From Octopus sinensis (lineage: Eukaryota): DNA of 64,000 bases. Shown piece by piece: positions 13,127 through 25,950 of this stretch (position 1 is the stretch's first letter; every line of letters starts with the position of its first letter). The translations under genes and the position numbers were made by a program. The notes beneath the pieces are model-generated. The model had not been told where the DNA came from. It made no database searches and worked only from the letters and a program-made list of their open reading frames with translations. The stretch lies in the NCBI RefSeq assembly GCF_006345805.1, contig NC_042998.1, positions 83,700,001 through 83,764,000 of the forward strand, written 5' to 3'.

Positions 13127-14036
13127 TATCAAGTCATAACGTAAGTTTTGTCCGAATTTTGAATAAAGAAAATAAGTGATCAAATATTATATTTAATTGA
13201 AATTTAATCATCAATGTACTTTCCATGACTATCTATGACTTCCTTCCATCTATTTACAAGCTTTTTAATCCCATCAATGTAAAACTCTTTTGGTTTCAAA
13301 GCGAAGAACTCTGAATTGTCAGTTTCGACTTCCTCCTGGCTTGCGAAAGTTATGTCCCCCAAATGATTCTGTAAACTACGAAACAAATGGTAGTTGGAAG
13401 GAGCAAGGTCGGGAGAATAAGGTGGAAGAGAAATTTTTTCCCAACCAAGCTCTTCGATCTTCTGTGATGAGATCTTTGCAGTGTGGGGTCGCGCATTGTC
13501 CTGATGAAACATCACTCCTTTTCGATTCACTAAAGCGGGTCTTGTTTTCTTCAAAGCTTGTTTCAAACACTCTAATTGCTGACAGTAGACTTGAGCATTG
13601 ATTGTTGTATTAGGTGGTAACAATTCAAAGTGAATTACTCTTTTGAAGTCCCACCAGACAGAGAGAAGAACCTTTTCCCCATGAAGTTCCCTTCTCGGTT
13701 GTGGTTGAGCAAACCATCTTCTGCAAGTTCTTTCATTCAAGCATTCTTTCCCATAAACTGAGTGTATGTTTCGAGTCGCTTCGGTTGCAGAGTTTCCTTT
13801 TTTGTACTTATAAAGCATTATGTGCCTCAAACGCTCTTTGGATACTTCCATGTTAGAAGGGTATTAATCAAAGAAATTTTTATTCTATTACTCTATAAAA
13901 TAATATTTAATTAGTTTAAATGTACACAAATGCATAAAAATAATTTTAAATTGCATTAGATGTTCTAAAATACTATTAAATTTCATTCAATTTAAAAAAA
14001 GGTAAGATCGGACAGAACTTATGGGATGACCTGATA
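13127..14036 (-). mobile_element. Mariner DNA transposon, internally deleted
   Basis: ~29 bp imperfect TIRs bounded by TA (tatcaagtcataacgtaagttttgtccga / tcggacagaacttatgggatgacctgata); transposase ORF inside. Confidence 0.93.
13204..13851 (-). pseudogene. Mariner transposase with in-frame internal deletion (215 aa)
   Basis: HTH1 (LRHIMLY...RRWF) fused to KVLLSVWWD, HQDNARPH and YSPDLAPSNY; lacks HTH2, WVPHEL and the first catalytic Asp; third Asp reads Asn. Confidence 0.92.
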
Positions 14037-14288
14037 GATGTATAGAACAAAATGTAATATCTGGAGAAGAGTTGGTGTAGCTGGTTTAATGGGTTATATT
14101 TGCTTGTTGGTGTATTTTTTAAAGTCTTTAAGCCAGGAGAGAAAGCAGTGTCACGAACATTCGCAGGGGGCCTTGATGTTTCTGAGAGGAAAGGAGGAAT
14201 GTAACTTCATATCTAAGACTTGAGCCGAATACCAGCAATGGACTGGGCTCCGCTAATGGCTCTCAAGGTGTCAGGTAGTGGTGTTTTA

Positions 14289-14520
14289 AGGCGGCGAGCT
14301 GGCAGAAACGTTAGCGTGCCGGGCGAAATGCTTAGCGGTATTTCGTCTGCCGTTACGTTTTGAGTTCAAATTCCGCCGAGGTCGACTTTGCCTTTCATCC
14401 TTTCGAGGTCGATAAATTAAGTACCAGTTACGCACTGGGGTCGATATAATCGACTTAATACCTATGTCTGTCCTTGTTTGTCCCCTCTGTGTTTAACCCC
14501 TTGTGGGTAATAAAGAAATA
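14289..14520 (+). mobile_element. Young family-A SINE, tail B, with 15 bp TSD
   Basis: Complete head, core and ...ccccttgtgggtaataaagaaata; TSD ggtagtggtgtttta on both sides. Confidence 0.93.
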
Positions 14521-14585
14521 GGTAGTGGTGTTTTAAAACCGGACGACGGATTAAGTTTACTACACAAAATGTAGATTGCTTAGAA

Positions 14586-14842
14586 CAGTAGTTCTCAATA
14601 TTTTTTTTTTTTACCTATGGACCCCTTTGATCTCTCCTTCACTCGGATGGGTCCCATAGCCATTTGATGCTTTAAAAATCCTATAATATTTTTATAATTA
14701 AATATAATTAAGAATTGTATTAAAAAGGTTAAAGTATTTTGTATATCATAGAATTATAATCAGTTTATTGCACATAAATTTTAAGAACAAAATATTTATA
14801 TGAACACTTAAGGGTCATATGGACTCCTGTTGTGAATCGCTG
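14586..14842. mobile_element. hAT/Charlie-type MITE
   Basis: Ends cagtagttctcaa / ttgtgaatcgctg, subterminal atggaccc motifs, AT-rich interior. Confidence 0.55.
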
Positions 14843-15624
14843 GTGTATAATGTGACGAGGATTTAATTGGGATGTGATGATGCGATTTCTTTTGTCTTCA
14901 ATCAATGAGTGCTGAGTACATTAAAGTCTTCCTCCAGTGATAGCATTTGCGAGAGTATTAAAGTGTTGTAGTTTGGTAAAACGATTGGGAAGGTGAGGGT
15001 ACTGATGGTGGTGTCGCATTCATCAACCATTAGTCATAAGTCTTCACCAATCAATCAATTGATTTTATTTTGAATGCAGTGTAAGATGTGCTTGTGTGTA
15101 ACAGCCACACTTGTCCCAGATACTTGACCAGTTCTCCAATATGATATATATTCTCCTTGAGTTTTATAGAGCGTCAGTGACTAATCTAACAGGAAGTGTT
15201 TTCCGATCCTGGAGCTGCAGTTTTATCAATTTTTTAAAAGCGAAGCCGCCCTAAGAGATCCTCAGAGATCGTATTTGAAGTTACTTCAAACATTTTACTT
15301 GCCCCTCCTCTCAAAGTTTCTGACCTTTTTCTATAATCAGGGAACCTTATTGAGAGTGGTGGATTGGTAGAATAGTTATTTGTTCGAGCTTTTTGCATTC
15401 TGAGTTCAAATCCTGTCGAGGTCAGCTTTACCTTAAATCTTCCAGAAGACGATAAAGTACAAATCAAAGTACTGAGGTCGATTAACCGTTTAACCACTAC
15501 TCTTAAAATTGCTGGCCTTGTACTTTAATTTGAAACACTTATTATTGTTATTATTATTGAAATAAGAGCAGCCGTTCTAAAGTTTGAGGTGGATACATTT
15601 TGTGTGGAATGGTTGTAAATATAT

Positions 15625-15840
15625 TGATTTCAAATTCTGACACAAGGCCAGCAATTTCGGGGAAGGGAGTAAATCGATGACATTGACTCCAGTATTCGAC
15701 TGGTAATTATTTTAGCGACCTCGAATTGATGGAAGGCCGGGTCGACTTCGGCAATATTTAAATTCAGAATGTAAGGTCGGAAGAAATGTCGCAAAGCAAT
15801 TTTTCCAGCATGGTAACGACTCTGCCAGCTCACCGCTTTA
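15625..15840 (-). mobile_element. Family-A SINE, diverged
   Basis: acaaggccagcaatttc...gtcgacttcggc...ctctgccagctcaccgc. Confidence 0.7.
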
Positions 15841-15904
15841 ACGGCTGTAAATATATTGTACCAAACACGGCTATTTTTATGATAACATGACAATGGTATT
15901 CTAG

Positions 15905-16287
15905 AGAGCGACGAGTTGGCAGAAACGTTAGCACGCCGGGCGAAATGCTCAGCGGTATTTCGTCTGCGTTACGTTGTGAGTTCGAATTCCGCCGAGGTCG
16001 ACTTTGCCTTTCATCCTTTCGGGGTCGATTTAATCGACTTAATACCTATGTCTGTTCTTGTTTGTCCCCTCTGTGTTTAGCCCCTTGTGGGTAATAAAGA
16101 AATAGGTATTTCGTCTGCGTTACGTTGTGAGTTCAAATTCCGCCGAGGTCGACTTTGCCTTTCATCCTTTCGGGGTCGATAAATTAAGTACCAGTTACGC
16201 AATGGGGTCGATGTAATCGACTTAATCCGTTTGTCTGTCCTTGTTTGTCCTCTCTGTGTTTAGCCCCTCGTGGGTAATAAAGAAATA
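15905..16287 (+). mobile_element. Compound family-A SINE (two tail-B units) with 16 bp TSD
   Basis: Unit restarts at ggtatttcgtctgcg after aataaagaaata; TSD ggtattctagagagcg at about 15895 and 16288. Confidence 0.9.
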
Positions 16288-16444
16288 GGTATTCTAGAGA
16301 GCGTGGCGTACGCTTTTTGCTAATAAACCAACTACGAAAACATCTTAAATCGCAATTAAATTTTATTGAAGTAATTATTTTAACATGTTTTCGTCATTGA
16401 ATATGTGACTGATATAATGAAGTTATATAAATATTAGATGATTG

Positions 16445-16635
16445 CGCGCACGTGTGTGTGCGTAGGTGTTTATGCGTCTTTGCATATACATGTATATGTG
16501 TATGTATGTTTATGTATGTGTGAATGTGTACGCGTATGTGAGTGTGTGTGTATAGATGTATGTATGTGTGCATGTATATATGTATGTGTGCGCATGTATG
16601 TATGTAAGTGTGTATGTATGTGAGTATATGTATAC

Positions 16636-16686
<51 letters not shown>

Positions 16687-17068
16687 TATATATCTGCGTA
16701 TATATGCGCGTTTGCATGTATGCATGTGGATGAGTGTGTGTATCTGTGTGCGTATATATATGTACGTGTGCTTTTATGAAGGTATATGTGCAAGTATGTA
16801 TGTTTATGTGTAAGTATGAATGTATGTGTGTATGTGTGTCTGACTTTGTATATATATATGTATGTTCGTGTACGTACGTACGTGTCTGTGTGTCTGAATG
16901 TGTATGCTTGTATATGTCTGTGTATGTATGTATGTATGTATGTATGTATGTATGTATGTATGCATGTATGTATGTATGTAAGTAAGTAAGTATGTATGTA
17001 TGTATGTATGTATGTATGTGCATATCAGTGTGTCTGTAATGTGTGTATAGATGTATGAATGTATATAC
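16445..17068. repeat. Long degenerate (TG/TA/TATG)n tract
   Basis: Seen directly; source of the H/T/Y/I-rich ORFs. Confidence 0.95.
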
Positions 17069-17438
17069 TAAACAGAATCCTGATAAAAAAAACGACATAG
17101 CATTTTAACATCTATTCTTCATAATTGCTTTAATGTCCCAATTGCATGTGGATTACGACTGTTACCTCTGTTTATAACATAATTTATTTCGTTTAAAACT
17201 AAGCAATTTGCATTATACATGTTCCACAGTACCAAAATGTGTTATGTAAATGTCAGTTTTGAAATTACGCAGTTAAAGATAATGAGGAGGCAGAAGTATT
17301 AGCGCAAAGAAAGGGAATGTCCCGTTAATGCTTAATTTCGCTCCATTTATCGCCAGAATTTAAACCCATAATACAATGAGATTTACTCAATAGGCAGTTC
17401 CCGTTCGAATCGGATTAAAAGGACGTAAATCATATAAG

Positions 17439-17520
<82 letters not shown>

Positions 17521-17639
17521 AGGGAGAGAAATAGATGTGTGGAGAGGCATTGAAACTTTGAGCTAGCTTTATGAACGCCAAAACTCGCAAGGCCGAAGTT
17601 ATCTTGATATCTATAAATGACTGAGGTTACAACACTCCC

Positions 17640-17830
17640 CCGCCACTCCCTGTACGGGACGTCGGTCCTTCGCAGGGTTGACTCCCCAGCTATTACTGGA
17701 ACTCACCTCATCTTCAACTAAGTGGACTGGAACAACACGAAATGAAGTGTTTTGCTCAAGAAAACAGCGCAGCTCCCGGTCCGAAAATCAAAACCACGAA
17801 TTAAGACCATGGTTTCGTTATTAACCACAG
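17640..17830 (-). mobile_element. Family-C tRNA-headed SINE (Meta/Ceph-like core)
   Basis: gtggactggaacaacacgaaatgaagtgttttgctcaagaa, shared with the copies at 31620, 44905, 45380, 47500 and 52380. Confidence 0.7.
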
Positions 17831-17880
17831 AAGCAGAATTAGTTCAAATTAGTGATCTGTATATCATACTCAAAGGAGAT

Positions 17881-18087
17881 AGATTGTGGTATTGGTCTTG
17901 GCAAAACATCTCTTATAGAGGTACAGAGTTAAGAAAAAAACAAGCAACAGAAATATATCAGCAGAAATCCCGATTTAGCAAAGCCACGATCGCTGCTGAA
18001 TGATTTTCGTCTACTTCTGATATATTTCCGTGTTTTTAACATTATTTGTCTATAAGAGATGCTTTCTCAAGATGAATACCGTAGTTT
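17881..18087. mobile_element. Old MITE-like hairpin
   Basis: tgtggtattggtcttggcaaaacatctcttataga pairs with tctataagagatgctttctcaagatgaataccgta; inner gaaatatatcag / ctgatatatttc. Confidence 0.65.
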
Positions 18088-18124
18088 AGAAGGTTTTTAA
18101 CGGTATATATACTTAAATTATAAT

Positions 18125-18510
18125 AGACGTGGTTGTGTGGTATGAAGTCTGCTTTCCAACCACAAGATTCCGGGTTCACAGTCACTAGGGTAAATGTCTT
18201 CTGCTATAGCCTCAGGCCGACTAGAACCTTGTGAGTGGATTTAGTAGACGCAAACTGAAAGAAGTCCGTCGTATATGTATGTGAGTGTGTGTGTGTATGT
18301 GTGTGTGTGTATTTGTCCCCCAACACTGCTTGACAACCGGTGTTAGTGAGTTTACGTCCCCGCAACTTAGCGATTCGACAAAAGAGACCGATAGAATGCA
18401 TATGAAGCTTGGAAAATAAGCTCAGGGTTCTATTCGTTCGACTAAAATACTTCAAGGGCTATGCCCAAGCATGGCCGCAGTCTAATGATTCAACGGGCGA
18501 AAGATAAACG
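18125..18510 (+). mobile_element. Family-B SINE (tRNA head, CORE-like box, internal microsatellite, CR1-like tail)
   Basis: ccttgtgagtggattt...gaaagaag-(TG)n-ttgtcccc...gcatggccgcagtc. Confidence 0.8.
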
Positions 18511-18900
18511 ATACTGATTCCGAAGCAATAAAGAATTGTTATGCATTGTGTCCAGAGGAGAATGGTGTGTATCGGAACGAGCGGTAGGAACGCGTACAAA
18601 AGCTGCTGAAGCCACATGAACAATGATAATAATAGTTGTTTCTGATATGGGCACGTGCTAGTAATTTAGAGGAGAGGGGTTAGTCGGTACAGTCGACCAC
18701 AATACTTAACTCTGGAAGGATGAAATGCAAAGTTGATTCCGATAGAAATTGGACTCAAAATACAAAGTGTGAAAAAAAAAAAATGAAGGAAAAAAGAAAA
18801 TGTGGCTGCTCTAACGATTCTACCATTTTACTATCTTAAAATTGGCTTGTAATTTAGAGTTCGAGGCCAACATTCAGTAATTTTAATGAAAGGGGATTAG

Positions 18901-19065
18901 AGATGAGGAATTATGTACATTATTTACATTTGATGGATATTTGTCCTCATCTTGTTTGTTGCTAACACAACGTTTCGGTTGATATACTCCCCAGCCTTCA
19001 TCAGGTGTCTTGGGGAAATTTCGAACCTGGGTTCTCATTCCTAAGGTATTTTTCCGATGTTGTTG

Positions 19066-19134
<69 letters not shown>

Positions 19135-19298
19135 TCACTGCCTGGAATCGAACTCGGAATCTTGGGGTTTGTGGCCCGCGCTCTTAACCACTACGCCTTA
19201 TGCCCGTAGGTATATGGCATAGTGGTTGAGGACAAATATCCGTCAAATGTAAATCATGTAAATAATGTACAGAATTCCTCATCTCTCAAATATCGAAC
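18901..19298 (-). mobile_element. Non-autonomous fold-back element: tRNA-like head + (AAT)n + hammerhead + pLTR-like tail, partial second arm, 14 bp TSD
   Basis: Terminal inverted segments 18901-18949 / 19227-19286; A-box ggcgtagtgg and B-box gagttcgattcc on minus at 19131-19205; TSD tgaaagg(g/a)gattag at 18887-18900 and 19299-19312. Confidence 0.8.
18964..19009 (-). ncRNA. Minimal type I hammerhead ribozyme
   Basis: Minus strand: gacac-CUGAUGA-a-ggcug(gggaguauau)caacc-GAAA-cgu-U-guguu; canonical core, palindromic ACGU stem III, stem I gacac/guguu, one mismatch in stem II. Confidence 0.8.
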
Positions 19299-19409
19299 TG
19301 AAAGGAGATTAGTTGATAACATCGATCCCAGGATTTGACTGGTGCCTTATTTTACCAACCACAGAAAAGGAGAGCTGACCCCGGCCGGAGTTAAACTCAG
19401 AATGAAAAG

Positions 19410-19600
19410 AATGTGTAGGAAGAAGGTCGAAAGCGTGATTCACATCTTACGCAGAAAGAATACAAGCGCAAGCACGACAAAGTAGCCCCAAACCTCCACT
19501 GGCTACTGTGCCAGAAGTATGGATATGAGATAACGGGCGCTTGGTACCAACATACACCGGAAAAGGTTATGGACGAAAACGGGAAGGCAAAGATGTTACA
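19410..19600 (+). pseudogene. Dong/R4-like fragment (post-CCHC region)
   Basis: TQKEYKRKHDKVAPNLHWLLCQKYGYEITGAWYQHTPEKVMDENGKAKML. Confidence 0.8.
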
Positions 19601-19842
19601 GTTAATCATCTTTCTCCGTATTATTGATTAATGGTTTGCCCGCGCTTTTTATTAACCTCGACGTTCTCTTTTTTATATTTTTTCATTTTAAGGAATATTT
19701 CCCGTTAAAACAAATTCCGACAGTTTAAACGTCGGTTTATTTGCATTAATTTTCTTTTAAATAATAAAGTAAAACTTGTGTATCCGGCAACGAAACACTT
19801 GAACAGAGAAAGGAATTTGCCGGGATTAGAATAAAAGGAAAA

Positions 19843-20512
19843 TATTGGGTCATCCCACAAATAATGTGATTTTTTTAATACTTCTTTTATTTTTCTAAAT
19901 TAAGATAAACAAAGTATTTTTTAAAATCTAAAATATACTCTCATTAATTTTCTACAATGCTCTTCCATCTATCTGCTAGACTTGCAAGGCCCCTTTACCA
20001 AAATACACTTCTCCGTGAAGAAAAATACTCCTCCAGTACTGTTCTGACCTTGTCTACAGAATTCATATTATTTACGAACGGATTTTGTTCCACCAGGGTT
20101 TGCAGGACGTCCTCGTAGAGCTCTACAGAGCTTCCAGAATGAGGCTCGTCTTCTAGGCTGTAGTTTCCGACTTTGAATTTCTGGAACCACCGTTGACACT
20201 GGCTTACGCTTATTTTCCACTCCCCGTATACTGCATTAATATTCCTTGAACTTTCTGTTGCGTTGTAGCCTTTATTGAACTCATAAAGCAAAATATGCCG
20301 AATATTCTCCTTTGTCACTTCTATTATAGTTTTGAAAAAAAATAACTGTTAAAATCGAACAGAACTCTTCAAAACTTGCACTAAGAATAAGTACAAAGTA
20401 TAATTACTACCTGCTTTTATAGCAAGTTGATGCAGGTAGTTTATCCCGTCCCGCCCCGACTTTAATTCATACAATTTATAAAAAACCGCATTATTTATCG
20501 GATGACCCAATA
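19843..20512 (-). mobile_element. Mariner deletion derivative (670 bp)
   Basis: TA-bounded TIRs tattgggtcatcc...aaataatg / cattattt...ggatgacccaata; ORF 19995-20318 is the HTH region (IRHILLYEF...QRWFQKF...LEDEP.SG) fused in frame to the C-terminal helix. Confidence 0.92.
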
Positions 20513-20756
20513 TATAGACAGAAAACTGAAGTTATATTGGAATAGCTGGAACATACAACCGGTCTGTGGGGTTAATACAAGGTAAATATACATAACATAA
20601 ATGAATAAATATTCTTTACAAAATATAATGTGGAATAAATGTTTTATCTCTGGTAATAATTAGGCTGTTTCAAGCTTTGTTAAAGTTTTATTTCAATTGT
20701 ATTTTATGTTTCATTACAACAAAAGATCAAGAATATAAGTATACACATTTCGGTAG

Positions 20757-20758
<2 letters not shown>

Positions 20759-20801
<43 letters not shown>

Positions 20802-20842
20802 TATATATATATATATTATATATATTATATATATATATATTA

Positions 20843-20894
<52 letters not shown>

Positions 20895-20937
20895 ATATAT
20901 ATATATATATATTATATATATATATATATATATTATA

Positions 20938-20974
<37 letters not shown>

Positions 20975-20999
20975 ATATATATATATATATATTTTTATA

Positions 21000-21071
<72 letters not shown>

Positions 21072-21092
21072 ATTATATATATTTTTATATTA

Positions 21093-21152
<60 letters not shown>

Positions 21153-21187
21153 TGATATAATATATATATATTTTTATATTATATTAT

Positions 21188-21221
<34 letters not shown>

Positions 21222-21279
21222 ATATATATATATTGATATATATATATTATATATATTTTTATATTATATATATTATATA

Positions 21280-21314
<35 letters not shown>
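20759..21314. repeat. ~550 bp interrupted (TA)n tract
   Basis: Seen directly. Confidence 0.97.
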
Positions 21315-21318
<4 letters not shown>

Positions 21319-21864
21319 ATATAAGACACGTAGAAGAATGTTCCTTGCCATATCGTTTCATTTTGTCGCTAAAATGGAGGGGGAAAACAAAGCTTCGAAG
21401 CACATTTTTCTTTTTCTATTTTTTATTTTTTTATTTTTTGATATTCCGTTTATGAAACACATCTATTATAATTGTATGAAATTAAAAGAATAGAAAGCAA
21501 AACAAAATAAGATTACTGCAAGAAAACAAAATGGCTATATATGTACATAAAGCTAAAGAAGAAAGGAATTATATAAACATTTTAAAATATTTTTTTAGTT
21601 TTCTTTTCTTTCGTTTTTTTTATTTATTCCTTTGCTATTTTTCAGCTTTGTGTTGCTTCCATATAATTTTCACATACATATGTGATAAAATATTTTACGA
21701 GAAAAAATATAAATAAATAAATCCGCATATTAGCTGCCATATAAAAAGATATGATTTCAGCAAGAATACATTCAATGAGAAGACTAAAAGCATTTTCTGG
21801 TCTCTTGTTGTAGGAACAACACTAATATCATGATATATCCATAGATTCGTAGATCCAAAGGAGA

Positions 21865-21972
21865 AATAATAATAATAATAATAATAATAATATAATAATA
21901 ATAATAATAATATAATAATAATGATGATAATAATATAATGATAATAATAATAATAATAATAATAACAACAAC

Positions 21973-22009
<37 letters not shown>

Positions 22010-22079
22010 TAATGATAATAATAATAATGATAATAATAATAATATAATGAAATAATAATAATATAATAATAATAATAAT

Positions 22080-22111
<32 letters not shown>

Positions 22112-22410
22112 ATAATAATATAATAATAATGATAATAATAATAATAATAATAATGATGATAATGATGATGATTATAATAATAATAATAATATTTTAAAAT
22201 TTCTACTGGAAGCACAATGCCTCAAATTTGGGGAAAGGGATTAAGTCGATTACATCCCTCGACCCCAGTGCGTAACTGGTACTTAATTTATCGACCCTGA
22301 AAGGCAAAGTCGACCTCGGCGGAATTTGAACTCAGAACGTAACGGCAGACGAAATACCGCTGATCATTTCGTCCAGCGTGCTAATGATTCTGCCAGCTCG
22401 CCGCCTTATC

Positions 22411-22444
<34 letters not shown>

Positions 22445-22477
22445 GTAATATTAATAATAATAATAATGATGATAATA

Positions 22478-22549
<72 letters not shown>

Positions 22550-22550
22550 G
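21865..22550. repeat. (AAT)n/(ATT)n tracts enclosing a minus-strand family-A SINE (22205-22410)
   Basis: Seen directly; SINE core aaggcaaagtcgacctcggcggaatttgaactcag. Confidence 0.9.
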
Positions 22551-23814
22551 AAAAATGCCATCCTGTTTTTGCAAGAATCCCCCAGAAAGATTCTTGTGAT
22601 TTGAAGAAACACAAAGATAACTTCCATGCTAATTAAATTAGCATGTAGTAGTATTCCAATAATGATGATGATGACGACGACTAAAAAGGAAAATATGCAC
22701 AACATCCTTTACACAGTGATCCCACCCACCCCCAACTCACCCCCCAAAACGGGAGATATTACCTCTTGAATGATGTGGAGCGATAATGTTACATAAGAAT
22801 TCTAGAAGAGGTACAAGATCACAGACTGTTACTAGGTAACTCTAAAGTTTAGTACCGTATTTTTTATTTGTATATTGGTTTCAAATTTTGGCAAAGGCCA
22901 GCAATTTTGAGTGAGGATGGTAGCAAAGTTGGCCTCAGTGGAATTTGAACGCAGAACGTAAATACGGACGAAACGCGTGCTTAAGATTCTGCCAACTCGT
23001 CGCCTTATTTTTCATTTGTATATCGCCAAACAGTATTGTTGGCAAGAATCTTGTTAATTGTTAATTGTAAAACATGCTGTGAAAAGCTGCTTGAGATAAT
23101 TAGAATGGTGATTAGAGTTTTGAAATCTAATATCCGTAAACGAAATTGCTACTGGCTTGAAATAGTTATTGATAAAATTAAAAATAAGTCTCACGCAGAT
23201 TTCACATGGCTAATGTCAATGGATTAAGTTAATGAATTTTGATAATTTGAAGTAAAAAACAAAAAACAATATTAATTAAATTTTGACAAAGCTACAAAAT
23301 TAATTGCCTTTTGAATAAGATTGTGTTGTGTATCTAATGTGCCATGCAAATGTCTATGAATAATAATTAAAAGAGGAAGCGTTTCTAAATTGCATGAACG
23401 TATGGAGGATCGAAACTGTCTGAGGAAGACAGATTTATATGAATAGCTTTGCTGAGCTCATTAAGCAGTAGATTTAAAACATACGTTAATAAGCATTGTT
23501 TTAAAAACATCAAATCACAATTAATGAAGTATTAAAATTCCATTCCTTATTTAAATCAATTAAGCTCAATACAACAAAAATCCGACAATCAATGTTTTCA
23601 TATATAAGAATTTGAATAAGACATCCAAGTTTTCTCCCCGCAAAAACTTTATATATACAGGGCAGGCATTGCTGTGTGGTAAATAGCTTGCTTACCAACC
23701 ACATGGTTCTGGGTTCAGTCCCACTGCGTGGAACCTTGGGCCAGCGTCTGCTACTCACGCCTTGTGAGTAGATTTGGTAGACGGAAACTGAAAGAAGCCT
23801 GTCGTATATATATA

Positions 23815-23844
<30 letters not shown>

Positions 23845-23849
<5 letters not shown>

Positions 23850-24321
23850 ATGCTGTGTTTGTCCCCCCATCATCGCTTGACAACCGATGTTGGTTGTTTT
23901 AATATCCCCGTACTTAGATTTCGGCAAAAGTGACCGATAGCATAAGTACTAAGCTCACAAAGAATAAGTTCTGGGATCGATTTGTTCGACTAAAGGCGGT
24001 GGTCCAGCATGGCCGCAGTCAAATGACTGAAACAAATAAAAGAATGTACATACATATATGTATGTAATAATTCTATGTGGTGTGTGTGTGTGTGTATATA
24101 TATATATGTATATATATATATGTAATTTATATATATATATATATATAATATATATATATATATTATATATATATAACTATGCATATAATGTACACACGCA
24201 CGCGCACACACATCTGTATCGACTGTTAATAAAAAAAAACATAATACATAAATACAATATCGTCTGTCATATTGCTATACGATTTTTCACATCTGTATCA
24301 CGAGTTATGTATGTATATATG

Positions 24322-24372
<51 letters not shown>

Positions 24373-25304
24373 CACTCGTTTCAGTCGTTAGACTGTGGCC
24401 ATGTTGTGGCCCACCTTGAAAATTTTGGTCAAAAGAATCCGCCCCAGTGTATATAGACAGGTAAACATACATTATGCATACTCATGTACACATGTGTCTG
24501 TATGTGAGTTTAAATATTTATTAAATATAGCTGTATGGTGGGAGTGGCTTTGGTATTGAACATTTTGTATCTTTTACTTGCCTAATCGAATACTTTAAAT
24601 GCATGTACACTTTCAGTAAAACGGAATTCGCTTTTCTTTTCTTTCTTTTCATCTCTACATTCTTTTCTATTCTAGGCACAAGGTCAGAAATTTTGGGGGA
24701 GAGGGCCAGTCGATTAGATCGAGCCAGTACGCAACTGGTACTTAATTTATCGACCCCGAAGGGATGAAAGGCAAAGTTGACCTCGACAGAATTTGAACTC
24801 AGAACGTAAAGGCATTTATCTCTATATTAAGTCATCATGAAATTGATGTCTCTTTTTTTAATACGACTGTATCTCTAAAATACCCGATTTGCTGTGTTCT
24901 AACACATCGAAGCATATCTTGTGTCCCGAATTAAGTAATATAGATATATCTACTCTGTATGATTACTTTCTCTTACAGACACATTTGTCATAGGATTAAT
25001 GAATTTTAAATTACATTTTGAGAAATTTGAGGAGAAAACGTTTGTAATAATCTGAAAGTATGATTTAAAGCACGCACGTGTGTATCCACATCTCCTCTTG
25101 TCTTCATATAATTTATCTGCTTTACCTTCACACGCTTTGTAGACTGGCTATGTGGTAAGTAGCTTGCTTACCAACAACATTATTCCGAGTTCGGTCTCAC
25201 TGCGTGGCACCTTGGGCAAGTGCCTTCTACTATTGCCTAGGGCCGACCAAAGCCTTTTGAGTGGATTTGGTTGACAGAACCTGAAAGAGCCAGTCGTATA
25301 TAAA

Positions 25305-25355
<51 letters not shown>

Positions 25356-25703
25356 TATATATATATATATATAGTACATACATGTATGTATGTATGTATG
25401 TATGTATGTATGTATGTATGTAGTATATTTTTCTGTGTCTGTGTTTGTCCCCCCCTCATCGCTTGACAACCGATGTTGGTGTGTTTTTATATCCCCGTAA
25501 CTTAGCAGTTCGGCAAAAGTGACCGATAGCATAAGTACTAAGCTCACAAAGAATAAGTTCTGGGATCGATTTGTTCGACTAAAGGCGGTGGTCCAGCATG
25601 GCCGCAGTCAAATGACTGAAACAAATAAAAGAATGTACATACATATATGTATGTATAATTCTATGTGTGTGTGTGTTGTGTATATATATATATGTATATA
25701 TAC

Positions 25704-25748
<45 letters not shown>

Positions 25749-25895
25749 TATGCATATAAATGTACACACGCACGCGCACACACATCTATGTATATCGACT
25801 GTTAATAAAAAAAAACATAATACATAAATACAATATCGTCTGTCATATTGCTATACGATTTTTCACATCTGTATCACGAGTTATGTATGTATATA

Positions 25896-25950
<55 letters not shown>

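Larger units (their letters stand above)
14037..15240 (-). pseudogene. Apurinic-endonuclease (APE) remnants, probably the 5' part of the I/Jockey-like LINE
   Basis: Minus-strand NSSPDIT (~14055-14080), ITGG.DFNVLSTH (~14900-14940) and GTSVAVTHKHI; interrupted by a SINE and a MITE. Confidence 0.5.

Noticed and set aside
19131-19205. Functional tRNA gene (also applies to other SINE heads)
   Set aside because: A and B boxes are present but the acceptor and anticodon stems pair poorly, and the segment is embedded in a mobile element.
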